In this document: positions 36,077 through 45,295 of the stretch, one piece after another
Layout: each line of letters begins with the position of its first letter
Numbering within the stretch: the first letter of the stretch is position 1
Origin: Armatimonadota bacterium
GTDB taxonomy: Bacteria; Armatimonadota; Armatimonadia; Armatimonadales; Armatimonadaceae
Reading direction: 5' to 3'
Length of the DNA: 56,225 nucleotides
NCBI GenBank assembly: GCA_043754515.1
Contig: JAYUUO010000036.1
Span: 1-56,225 of the forward strand
Notes under the pieces: generated by a model
What the model saw: only the letters and a program-made list of their open reading frames with translations
What the model was told of the DNA's origin: nothing
The model's database searches: none
Position numbers and translations under genes: made by a program

Positions 36077-38509
36077 CTACGAGTTCGCGACGGCGATCAG
36101 GTTAGCGACACACTCCGGGTCCCACTGCGTCCCAGCACCACCTTGCAACACCTTCTGCGCCATCGTCGGCGTCATCCCCTTTCGGTAAGGGCGGTTGTTC
36201 GTCATCGCGGCGTACGACGACGCCACGTTAAGAATCCGCGCCAGTCGCGGGATCTCCTCGCCCGCGAGTCCGGCGGGGTAGCCGGTGCCGTTCCAGTTCT
36301 CGTGGTGATACAGGATGGCCTCCACCGTGTCCACGTCGTCTACCGCAGAGCCGACTAGCATGGCACCGATCTTGGGGTGTTGTTGGACCACGGCGAAATC
36401 GGTGTCGGAGAGCTTACCGGGCTGCCGCAAGATGCGCTCGTCAATCCCGACCTTTCCGACGTCGTGAAGAAGGGCGGCGATGTCCAGGGAACGTTTCTCC
36501 CCATCCGTGAGGCCGAACTTCTCGGCGATGCGGCGGCTGTAGATCAGCGTGTCCTCGCTCTGACGGCGCGTCATACGGTCTTTGCCGTCAATCGTGGCGA
36601 TTAGCGTGTCGAGCATGCCGAACGAGTCAACCGCCTCGCGCAGTGACTCCCGGACGCGCTCCGCCTCGCGCGAGTGTCCGCCCGTGTGATCCGCGCGCTG
36701 TCTCTCCTCGGCGATGTCACAGGCGGCGGAGGCGGAGGCGGTATCTTCCGGGAGCAGGGCATGCCCGATGGTCAGGTGGAGCGGGATCGAGTCTGCGCCG
36801 TCGGGGGATCGCAACCCGATGCAGTCAACCGCCGCCCGCAGACGGAGCACATAGGGGCCCACCTCCGCCCGCGTCATGCGCGGGGCGACGATGCCGAATT
36901 CGTCCGGGCCGATACGCGCGAGCGTGTCCTCGGGGCGGCAACAGCCGACTAACTCCCTAGCCATCCGAACCAGCAAATCATCTCCCGCCGCCCGCCCATA
37001 CGCCTCGTTAAAATACCGGAAGTTGTCTAGGTCAATGAGCAAGACGCACAGAGCAGGTGGGCCCTGGCCTGTTTCCTCCACCGCCTTTAACAGTTCACGG
37101 TGGAAGGCCCGGTGGTTAAGCAGTCCGGTGAGCGGGTCAAAATCGGCGCGCGTGATGGCGTCCTGCAACAGCCGTTCCCGCTCCCCTTCGAGTGTTTTGA
37201 ACCCGGTGATGTCCCGGGCGACTGTCACGATCTGCGTCGGCTTACCCGACGTGCCGATGATGGGCGTCACTACCACGTCCCACCAGAGCGGGGTGCCGAC
37301 CGCAGTCTTCGCCACGCCCTGGAACCGTTCCGTGCCGCCCGCCATAGCAGCATTCAGGGCACGCCTCGCAAGAGAGCGGTAACTCTCCTGAAAGAGTAGC
37401 GTCCACTCCGCCCCGACGAGCGGGCCGAAATCCTCGATCTCCATCAGGGCTTTGCCGCGCTCGTTGATCTGGATCAGCCCCCCCTGAAGGTCGAGGGTTA
37501 GGATACAGTCGGGCGTACTCTCCGTTAATCGGCGCGAATATTCTTCGCGCTCGAATAATCTGTCGAGAACCCGCCGCCGATCAGTGATGTCCCGTGCGAA
37601 ACCGAGTAGCAACCGCGGTTCGCCATTCGGACCACGACCGAACACCGTCTCGCGGCTACAAAACCAGCGCGTCGAACCGTCGTGGTGCCGCTGGCGGAAC
37701 TCGTACTCAACCGGCACCTCGCTGGATAAGAGCCGATTACGAGACTCAATCCGACACGAGGCATCCTCCGGTACCGCGAGCGCGGCGAGTTGCTCGGGAG
37801 CCATCGCCTCCATTTCGGCGGGGGTATAGCCCAAAGAGACGGCGACAGCACCGTTCGTAAATACGTCCGCGCCCGCGGCGAGATCGTGAATGTAAATCAT
37901 GTCCGGTGCCAACTCCACCATCTGCTCGACGAGGCGGTGGCTCTCGGCCAGTTCGAGGAGTTTGACCTGCTGGTCGCTGGTGTCACGCAGACAGAGGAAG
38001 ATTCCGTCGGAATACGGCGTGACAAAAGCCTGATAATGTCGGCCGTTCGGGACGAAGGCCATCTCGAATCTGTCAGCGATTCCGTCCCGCAGAGCGTCGC
38101 GCAGACGCACCACCAGTTCGCTCGCGCCCTTGCCCGCGTCGGGCGCGAGCGCGGCAACGGGGCGTCCGCGCAGGGCGTCGAACGAGTGGCCGAAAAACTC
38201 TTCCGCGGCGCGGTTAGCGAACGTGAACCTAAGCGCACGGTCGAGGGAGACGAGTATGTCGCCGCCGATCGCCTCGGCGAGGGCACTGATTTCGCTCATG
38301 GGAAAGGCACTATCGGCGTCCCATGTTCCCGATTCGCCCGCGATACGGCCATCGCCTCCTTCGTCGGTGGATGCGGCTATAACCGCGGGAAGCGCGCGGC
38401 GGGTCGGCGTCGCCGTCAGCTTGATCTGCGTGCGCTTTTCGACAGGCGGGTACGTGGTAGTTGCCGTATCGTTAGGTCGGGCTACTATGGTTTGCGTTTC
38501 ACTCTGCAT
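36077..38509 (-). CDS. PAS-PAS-PAS / degenerate GGDEF / degenerate HD-GYP signalling protein
   Basis: Three PAS/PAC segments; DPLTGLLN; RPED..RIGPDEF; LLHDVGK; HHENWNGTGYP. Confidence 0.88.
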   Translation of the reverse strand: MQSETQTIVARPNDTATTTYPPVEKRTQIKLTATPTRRALPAVIAASTDEGGDGRIAGESGTWDADSAFPMSEISALAEAIGGDILVSLDRALRFTFANRAAEEFFGHSFDALRGRPVAALAPDAGKGASELVVRLRDALRDGIADRFEMAFVPNGRHYQAFVTPYSDGIFLCLRDTSDQQVKLLELAESHRLVEQMVELAPDMIYIHDLAAGADVFTNGAVAVSLGYTPAEMEAMAPEQLAALAVPEDASCRIESRNRLLSSEVPVEYEFRQRHHDGSTRWFCSRETVFGRGPNGEPRLLLGFARDITDRRRVLDRLFEREEYSRRLTESTPDCILTLDLQGGLIQINERGKALMEIEDFGPLVGAEWTLLFQESYRSLARRALNAAMAGGTERFQGVAKTAVGTPLWWDVVVTPIIGTSGKPTQIVTVARDITGFKTLEGERERLLQDAITRADFDPLTGLLNHRAFHRELLKAVEETGQGPPALCVLLIDLDNFRYFNEAYGRAAGDDLLVRMARELVGCCRPEDTLARIGPDEFGIVAPRMTRAEVGPYVLRLRAAVDCIGLRSPDGADSIPLHLTIGHALLPEDTASASAACDIAEERQRADHTGGHSREAERVRESLREAVDSFGMLDTLIATIDGKDRMTRRQSEDTLIYSRRIAEKFGLTDGEKRSLDIAALLHDVGKVGIDERILRQPGKLSDTDFAVVQQHPKIGAMLVGSAVDDVDTVEAILYHHENWNGTGYPAGLAGEEIPRLARILNVASSYAAMTNNRPYRKGMTPTMAQKVLQGGAGTQWDPECVANLIAVANS

Positions 38510-38653
38510 GGCTTCGCTACGAACATCACGAACACAAGTAGGTCCTCGGGGGTGAATCAGGGAGACCCGGAAATGAGCCGATTCTCGTTCCAACACGAGG
38601 GAAGGCACTTTCCGTGCCACGCTGCCTTTGCCCCCCAAATGCGCGAATTATTT

Positions 38654-39427
38654 CTACGTCTTGAAGAGGTCGTGGTCGCGGCCGAGATAGCCACGAAGCC
38701 GCAATACAGCCTGCGTATGGAGTTGGTACACCCGCGACTCGGAAACGGTAAGCACCTTTCCTATCTCCTTGAAGGTTAAGCCCTCATAGTAGTAGAGGGC
38801 AATGACGAGCCTCTCACGTTCTGGAAGCCGGTCAATCGCGCCCGCGATCTGACGTATCTTTTCCCGCGCCTCGACGTCCGACACGGGACCCGCCCCGTCA
38901 TCAGGCACGACATCCGACAGGTGAAGCCGTTCCACCCCCTCCCCGCCCATTATTAAGTCATCCAGCGAGACAACCGTTCCCCGAGATGTATCGGAGATTA
39001 TTTTAGTCAATTCCTCGATGGTAAGGCCCAGATGCGCGGCGACTTCGGATTCGGAGGGTGGCAGACCCGTGCGGTTTTCCAGCTCTTGAAACGCTCTTTC
39101 GAGCATTCGGGATCGCTCGCGAATGGAACGAGGAACCCAATCCTCTTCGCGGAGGGATTCAAGAATGGCCCCACGAACCAGTGCGATCGCGTAGGTCTCG
39201 AACTTGACTTGGCGGCCCGGATCAAATTGATCGACCGCTTTGATCAGGCCCATCGCCCCGGCGGTGTGTAAATCTTCGCGCTCGAGGTTGGGAGGAAGGC
39301 TAGTGACGACGCGGCCCGCAGTGATTTTGACGAGATATGCGTAGTTGTCTATTATCGCGGAGCGGGCCCTACTATCCCCGTTCGCCTTGAACCGCCGCCA
39401 TTCATCATCTAAAGACCTTAATGCCAT
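38654..39427 (-). CDS. FliA/WhiG family RNA polymerase sigma factor
   Basis: GLIKAVDQFDP..KFETYA, DWVPRSIR, LPERERLVIALYYYEGLTFKEIG.VL.VSESRVYQLH. Confidence 0.93.
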   Translation of the reverse strand: MALRSLDDEWRRFKANGDSRARSAIIDNYAYLVKITAGRVVTSLPPNLEREDLHTAGAMGLIKAVDQFDPGRQVKFETYAIALVRGAILESLREEDWVPRSIRERSRMLERAFQELENRTGLPPSESEVAAHLGLTIEELTKIISDTSRGTVVSLDDLIMGGEGVERLHLSDVVPDDGAGPVSDVEAREKIRQIAGAIDRLPERERLVIALYYYEGLTFKEIGKVLTVSESRVYQLHTQAVLRLRGYLGRDHDLFKT

Positions 39428-39871
39428 GAGTTATCCGCCTGACTACACGCGATTGATCGCCGAAGATTTAGGAACTAAGCCCTCTGATACTAGGAAGCCT
39501 AACCCGGTGCTGTAGACGGAAATAATACCCACCGACTGGCACTTTATAACTTCATTATAACATAATTAGCCGCAGAAGAGTTCCCCTTATAACTACCACC
39601 GGAACAGCGGGATTGGGCATGACCGCCGGGTTGCGGGTGTGGCCTCGGTGCCAACCGCGCGCGAGCTTGCCCTCCCGAATCAAGCGCGGTCACGTCGGCT
39701 TCGCGGATGACGTATTAATAGTTAGGTACCCGCGCCTGAACACACATGGCCGCCAAAACGGCGGTTTGACTTCGGCGCAATCACGGTATCAGTTAACAGT
39801 GGTACCCCAGCGCGACCGATGGGTCGGCCGAGCGAGTGACCCTAAATAAGGTGTGACAAGGATTAATCAAG

Positions 39872-40252
39872 ATGATCACGTTAAGAAATATCGCCAGGCT
39901 AACGGCGGTCGCCATGACATTGGTTCTCGTGGGTGGCGTTGTCACGCCAAACGCGGCGTACGCGCAGTCGAAGAAAGACAAGGCGCGACAGAAGGACAAG
40001 AACCTTATGCGCAACCTTGGGGTGGGTGCCGGTGCCGCCGCTGTCTACGAGGGTTTGCACGGGCGGACGACCAACGCGGTCGTAATCGGTGCCGGTGCCG
40101 CCCTCGCGGGCAAGAAATACGAGGACTCGCGCAAAGCACAGCGGCGCGAGGGCGGCACTTACAAGGTGTACCGCTATCGAAGCGGAAAGAGAGTCGGCTA
40201 CACGCAGTTCGTGAACAATCGACGCTCGGGATACCATCGAATCGGCGGTTAG
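39872..40252 (+). CDS. Small secreted basic protein with glycine-zipper-like core, paralog 1
   Basis: Signal peptide AYA-Q; DKARQKDKNLMRNLGVGAGAAAVYEG. Confidence 0.75.
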   Translation: MITLRNIARLTAVAMTLVLVGGVVTPNAAYAQSKKDKARQKDKNLMRNLGVGAGAAAVYEGLHGRTTNAVVIGAGAALAGKKYEDSRKAQRREGGTYKVYRYRSGKRVGYTQFVNNRRSGYHRIGG

Positions 40253-40274
40253 ACCGCAGTAGGTGAAGGGGTAA

Positions 40275-40310
40275 ACGGGGCGCATCGGAATCAGGTCCGA
40301 CGCGCCCCGT
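40275..40310 (+). terminator. Stem-loop terminator between the paralogs
   Basis: acggggcgcatcgga / tccgacgcgccccgt followed by cacatttatt. Confidence 0.6.
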
Positions 40311-40419
40311 CACATTTATTATCCGCCCGGCGTTCACCTCATCAGATGCGCGGACCGAACCGAAAGCATCGCCGGATGACCGGACCGCAAACGGTGTCCA
40401 CGACGAAGGGATCCTGAGG

Positions 40420-40875
40420 ATGAAAACACACTCTTTACAAACCGCCGGTAGGCCGGTCTCATTGGCTCTACTAGCGGCTCTCGCGCTCGGTGTAGGTCTA
40501 ATGACACCCGTGAGTGGCCACGCCCAGTCGAACAAGGACCGCGCCCGCCAGAACGACAAGAACCTGATGCGCAACCTGGGATTCGGCCTCGGCGGGGTCG
40601 CGATCTACGAAGGCATTAAAGGAAAAACCACGAACGCGCTGATAGCCGGTGCCGGTGCCGCCTACGCGGGAAAGAAGTACGAAGACGCTCGCAAGGCACA
40701 GGGGCATGGGAGCAACGAGCAACGATACGGCTACCCCCGCCCCCAGTATGACGGGGACGAGGAGACGTACCGGCCCGCCCCCCGCGAGACCTACTGTTCC
40801 CGCCGCGACGGCGGGCGAGACAACGGCGAGCATCGTGGCTGGTCGAAGCGCAAGCACCACCGGGATGACGATTAG
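40420..40875 (+). CDS. Small secreted protein with glycine-zipper-like core, paralog 2
   Basis: Signal peptide GHA-Q; DRARQNDKNLMRNLGFGLGGVAIYEG. Confidence 0.75.
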   Translation: MKTHSLQTAGRPVSLALLAALALGVGLMTPVSGHAQSNKDRARQNDKNLMRNLGFGLGGVAIYEGIKGKTTNALIAGAGAAYAGKKYEDARKAQGHGSNEQRYGYPRPQYDGDEETYRPAPRETYCSRRDGGRDNGEHRGWSKRKHHRDDD

Positions 40876-41171
40876 TTAGTAGGGTGGAGCGAACACAGGC
40901 GGGCGGGAGAGCGTGCCACGGCGTTTGGGCGGTGCCGGACGTTGTGCCCCGGCGACTTCAACCGCCGGGACACCCGAAAGAGGCACGTTCCTCGCCTGTC
41001 AACCTGATATTTGAAGACAGGAGTAAGAAATATGAAGATAGTTGCCGTGCGCGGGTGTAGGGCGAAGGAGGAACGCTAAGAGATGGCGAACCATAGAGAC
41101 GACGTTGCTTCCCCTTCTCGACCCCAGTGATCGTGCCGACCCGAGATACATCAAGAGCGTCAGGAGACTTT

Positions 41172-41352
41172 ATGCATTATCTCGCTCCGCACCCTCCCAC
41201 CAGGATTCGCCATCTCGCTCTCGCCAGCGCCTCAGTGCTAACCCCTGCCATCACCATTTTAGCCCCCAAACCCGCCACCGCCCAACTCGTTCTCACGGGG
41301 TAACCCTGTCTGACACCGCAACACTCACCGTCGCGCAGGGAGCGTACGTGAC
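41172..41352 (+). pseudogene. 5' remnant of a secreted protein
   Basis: RBS AGGAGA; MHYLAPHPPTRIRHLALASASVLTPAITILAPKPATAQLVLTG* with a frameshifted continuation SDTATLTVAQGAYV. Confidence 0.4.
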
Positions 41353-41449
41353 TCAAGCGGAAATGTTCCCAGCCGTCGCGCAGGTCGGCGAAGAAAGCCT
41401 CCGCGAACTGAAGCGCATATATCGGCGGTTCCGGTTCGTCGTCGCTCAT
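41350..41449 (-). pseudogene. Truncated RelE/ParE-like toxin (N-terminus only)
   Basis: IYALQFAEAFFADLRDGWEHF fits the RelE/ParE beta1-alpha1; ATGA-coupled to the antitoxin-like gene. Confidence 0.55.
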
Positions 41450-41685
41450 CTTGCCCGCGCTTTGTGTTCGTCCATACGGGCGATGAGGGTTTCGAGCGAC
41501 ATGAACTGCCCCGCCTCGTCGTCGGCTACACCGCGCCGGATGGCCGCCTCGTCGTCGAGTCGTAAGTCATCCTCGGTGTCCCAGACATCGGCAAGCAGTT
41601 CGGCGATCAGTGAATCCCGCTCGGACTGTGGCAGTAAGACGAGTCGGCGGGCGATAGTATCAGGGAGGGTAACAGTGAGTGTCAT
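41446..41685 (-). CDS. Antitoxin-like small acidic protein
   Basis: MTLTVTLPD..DEAAIRRGVADDEAGQFMSLE; RBS AGGAG; TATAAT upstream. Confidence 0.7.
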   Translation of the reverse strand: MTLTVTLPDTIARRLVLLPQSERDSLIAELLADVWDTEDDLRLDDEAAIRRGVADDEAGQFMSLETLIARMDEHKARAR

Positions 41686-41972
41686 CGGCTTCTCCTCATA
41701 CAATTATACCGGCTGTCGTCGTAGCCCGTGTCCATGCCCCACGCCGGGATCATCGCGGGGCACTGACGGTCACCGTGTAGCCACATACGTACACGACTTG
41801 TGGCGAAGCGAGAATCGCACGCGGGCCGGTTTTGGCCCTCAGGTGCTCGTAGGCGAGCTACGCTTCAACGCGATGGCGACGCGAAACTCCCATCAGTCGG
41901 CGGGCGACAGACGTCACCCCGGACGCGGTTGCGATTCGCGCACCGGGATTCAGCGTGATTAGTATAGCGCGG

Positions 41973-42950
41973 TCAATACGGCCCCCGAATGTGCGCGGCA
42001 ACTCGCGCGGCGTACCACTCCCGTAGCCTTGCGTGTAGCTCCGGTGAGAGCGGCGGCAGATCGGAAACGGCGGCGTTCGCGCGGACCTGCTCCGGGTTCT
42101 TCGCGCCCGGAATGATCACGGTCACTTCCGGGAAGTCGAGGCACCAGCGTAGTGCCATTTGCGCCAGCGTCAGGGGGGACGGCATGAGCGGCTTTAGCTC
42201 GTCGGCGAGCGCGACGCCTAACTCGAACGGCAGGCCGGCGAACGTCTCACCGACGTTGAACGCCGCCCCATCCCGGTTGTAGGTGCGATGATCTTGTGGC
42301 TCGAACGTGGTGCCCGGCGTGTACTTCCCAGTCAGCAGTCCCGATGCGAGCGGCAACCGAACGATGATCGCCACCCCCTTCGCCCGTGCGTCCGTGAACA
42401 ACGTGTCAATCGGCTTCTGGCGGAAGAGGTTGAAGATGATCTGGAGCGAGGCGATTCCCTGCGCAGCGAGACAGATTAGTGCCTCCTCCATGGACTCGAC
42501 ACTGGCACCCCAGTTCGCGATCTTCCCCTCGGTTTGTAAATCGCGCAACGTGTTGAAAACATCCCCGCGACGCAGTTCATCCGTCGGAATGCAGTGTAGC
42601 TGGGTTAAGTCCAGCCGCTCTACGCCCAGCCGTCGCAACGAATCCTCTGCGTGCGAGCGCATGACCGCCGGGGTAAAGTTGGCTGCTCCACCGGGATCAC
42701 CTCTGCGCCCGAGTTTCGTCGCGATGAACACATCGGCACGGGTACGAGCGAGGAAACGCCCAACGATCTCCTCGCTCAAGCCGCCGCCATAAACGTCCGC
42801 CGTGTCGAAGAACGTCACGCCGTTCGCGAACGCGGCTTCGAGCGTCTGCTGTGCGTCCTCCTCCGGCACGGTGCCCCAGTCCCCGCCGAACTGCCAGCAA
42901 CCCAAACCGACTTCCCCGACCCGCGCCCCCGCGAAAATGCGTTCCCTCAT
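41973..42950 (-). CDS. Aldo/keto reductase
   Basis: GLGCWQFG, FFDTADVYGGGLSE, IATK, SLRRLG..DLTQLH, PLASGLLTGK, IPGAKNPEQV. Confidence 0.93.
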   Translation of the reverse strand: MRERIFAGARVGEVGLGCWQFGGDWGTVPEEDAQQTLEAAFANGVTFFDTADVYGGGLSEEIVGRFLARTRADVFIATKLGRRGDPGGAANFTPAVMRSHAEDSLRRLGVERLDLTQLHCIPTDELRRGDVFNTLRDLQTEGKIANWGASVESMEEALICLAAQGIASLQIIFNLFRQKPIDTLFTDARAKGVAIIVRLPLASGLLTGKYTPGTTFEPQDHRTYNRDGAAFNVGETFAGLPFELGVALADELKPLMPSPLTLAQMALRWCLDFPEVTVIIPGAKNPEQVRANAAVSDLPPLSPELHARLREWYAARVAAHIRGPY

Positions 42951-42981
42951 ACTACTGATCCCACCCTTCCTGTAACTCTTT

Positions 42982-44136
42982 TTACAGCCGTGACACGAAC
43001 CGCTCAATGCGCCGCAACGCCTCTTGCAATTTATCGGCGGCGGTCGCGTAGCAACAACGTATATGTCCCGCCCCCCCCTCGCCGAAGACAGGGCCGGGCA
43101 CGACCAGCACCTTCTCCTCGACCAGCAGACGCTCGGCAAACTCCTCGGCGGACAGGTCCCACCGCTTCACGGACGGGAACGCGTAAAAGGCCCCCCCAGG
43201 CATCGGGCAGTCCAGACCGATCTCGTTCAGCCCCTTCACGAACAGACGGCGGCGGCGGTCATAATCCGCGCACATCTCTTCCGCATCCCTATCGCCACGA
43301 CGCAGGGCTTCCAGGGCACCTATCTGCGCCGTGATGGGGGCGCACAGCATCGTGTACTGGTGAATCTTCATCATCACCTCAATGATCGGAGCAGGGGCGC
43401 ACGCATACCCGATACGCCATCCGGTCATCGCGTATGCTTTGGAGAAACCATTCAACAGAATCGTGCGCTCGTAGGCACCGGGGAGCGAAGCCACGCAGAC
43501 ATGCGGCGCGTCGTAGGAGAGCCTGTCGTAAATCTCATCGGAAATGATGTATAAATCGTTCTGGACGCACACGTCCACGATGGCCTGCAACCCCACCGCG
43601 TCCATCGTCGCCCCCGTCGGGTTCGTCGGATAAGAAAGTAAAATCGCCTTCGTCCGGGGAGTTATCAGCGCGGCGACATCGCCGCTTCGCGTCCGGAATC
43701 CGGTGTCGGCCCGCGTCGGCACCGGCACCGGCACGCCGCCCGCGAACGCGACGCACGGCGCGTACGAGACGTAGCACGGCTCGGGGATTAGCACCTCGTC
43801 ACCGGGGTTGAGCAGGGCGCGGAACGCCGTATCCAGTGCCTCGGAGACGCCGACCGTGACCAGCACTTCCTGGCGCGGGTTCCACTCGACTCCGTACCGC
43901 TCCTTCATCTTCCGGACGATCTCGATGCGCAACTCCAGTAGCCCGTAGTTACTCGTGTACGTCGTCTGTCCCTTTTCGAGCGACCAGATGGCCGCCTCGC
44001 GGACACGCCACGGCGTCACGAAGTCCGGCTCGCCGACGCCTAGCGAGATGACGTCATCCATCTCGGCGACCAGATCGAAAAATCGGCGTATCCCCGACGC
44101 CGGGACCGATATTATTTTTTCACTCAAAGATTTCAT
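42982..44136 (-). CDS. Class I/II PLP aminotransferase, YugH/AlaT-like
   Basis: SGIRRFFDL..DVISLGVGEPDF.TPW, PTNPTG, SDEIY, NGFSKAYAMTGWRIG. Confidence 0.92.
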   Translation of the reverse strand: MKSLSEKIISVPASGIRRFFDLVAEMDDVISLGVGEPDFVTPWRVREAAIWSLEKGQTTYTSNYGLLELRIEIVRKMKERYGVEWNPRQEVLVTVGVSEALDTAFRALLNPGDEVLIPEPCYVSYAPCVAFAGGVPVPVPTRADTGFRTRSGDVAALITPRTKAILLSYPTNPTGATMDAVGLQAIVDVCVQNDLYIISDEIYDRLSYDAPHVCVASLPGAYERTILLNGFSKAYAMTGWRIGYACAPAPIIEVMMKIHQYTMLCAPITAQIGALEALRRGDRDAEEMCADYDRRRRLFVKGLNEIGLDCPMPGGAFYAFPSVKRWDLSAEEFAERLLVEEKVLVVPGPVFGEGGAGHIRCCYATAADKLQEALRRIERFVSRL

Positions 44137-44271
44137 CGTTAATACCCTCCGCCCCGCTCGACCCACTCGTCAAGTCATGGCGTATAAAAGCAGGTGTTAC
44201 GCCACCCGTCACGCTAAAATAGACATCATGCCAGTCCGACGCCGCACGCAGACCCGCGCATAATCCTCAGC

Positions 44272-44766
44272 CTATGGGGTCACCGCCAACCGGCGATCTT
44301 CTTTCTCGTCGCCCGTGAAAAGCACGCCGTCTTCCTTATACTTCTTGAGCAAGAAATTGGTCTGCGTGCCCTTCACTCCGTCAATCGTCGCGACCCGCTC
44401 GGCGACGAAGTTAGCGACTTCCTGAATCGTATGCCCCTCGACCACGACGCGCAGGTCCTGTGTGCCGGAGACCAGGTACACCGAATGCACCTCCGGGAAG
44501 CGGTATATCCGCTCGGCGATCCGGTCGTAGCCGGAGCCGCGTTCGGGCTGCGCGGACACGTCTATGAACGCGAACACGCGCGGCTCCCCGGCGCGTTCCC
44601 AGTCCACGCGGGCGCGGTAGGAACGGATGATCCCGGTGTCCTCGGCGTCCGCGATCACGGCCTGCACTTCGGGTTCGCCGGTGCCGGTCTGCGCGGCGAT
44701 TGTCGCGGCGGGGGTACGGGCGTCGGCTTCAAGTATGTGTAAAACGGCGTTTTGCAGTGAGTTCAT
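44272..44766 (-). CDS. Lrp/AsnC transcriptional regulator, YugG/AlaR-like
   Basis: ILEADAR HTH; GYDRIAERIYRFPEVHSVYLVSG; T.FLLKKYKEDG; RLAVTP. Confidence 0.92.
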   Translation of the reverse strand: MNSLQNAVLHILEADARTPAATIAAQTGTGEPEVQAVIADAEDTGIIRSYRARVDWERAGEPRVFAFIDVSAQPERGSGYDRIAERIYRFPEVHSVYLVSGTQDLRVVVEGHTIQEVANFVAERVATIDGVKGTQTNFLLKKYKEDGVLFTGDEKEDRRLAVTP

Positions 44767-45239
44767 AAGTTGGGTTCTTCATCCGGCTCGATAGCGACTA
44801 CACCCGACGCCCGCGCGAGGTCGACGAGTTGCGAGCGGTAGCTACGGTATACAGAACGCGGTATTGCGTCAGGGCGCACCAAGCCTGTGATTCCAGCATG
44901 GCCAATTGCCCCCGGTCGGGGGGCGGGTTTACCGTCCGCTTTCATTAGCACATGCCAAACGACATCCAGGGGCGAGACAGCGACGGGATCGGGCACCGGG
45001 CGTAGCGCACGGATGCCGTCCACCGGTAGCCGAGGTGCCATAGTGTGGCGGGGCGAAACAATCGCCCGCGCCTGTGTCGGCATTGTACGACTAGTGGCGA
45101 ACACGGAGAGTGAGCGCAACCCCGAAGCTTCATTGAGCGATGATGGAATGAGCGCGGCGATCAGTGTTTCCCCTACTCCAGGTGGCGTAGCCATGCGTAG
45201 AACGACTTCGCCGGCGGCTAGCGGTTCGGCATGAGTCAT
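44763..45239 (-). CDS. Hypothetical protein, possible ADP-ribosyltransferase-like fold
   Basis: VVLR..LSVF..GHAGITGL pattern; ATGA overlap with the Lrp start. Confidence 0.55.
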   Translation of the reverse strand: MTHAEPLAAGEVVLRMATPPGVGETLIAALIPSSLNEASGLRSLSVFATSRTMPTQARAIVSPRHTMAPRLPVDGIRALRPVPDPVAVSPLDVVWHVLMKADGKPAPRPGAIGHAGITGLVRPDAIPRSVYRSYRSQLVDLARASGVVAIEPDEEPNL

Positions 45240-45295
45240 TCGCGCACACGATCCAATTTCTCCTTGACGCCTTGCGTGACTGGCGTTTCAATATC

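Noticed and set aside
40942..40968. Short palindrome cccggcgacttcaaccgccggg resembling IS200/IS605 ends or REPs
   Set aside because: Single copy in the window with no TnpA, TnpB or IscB nearby
41042..41962. 306-aa plus-strand ORF
   Set aside because: Mostly antisense to the antitoxin/toxin pair, Ser/Arg-rich, no domain
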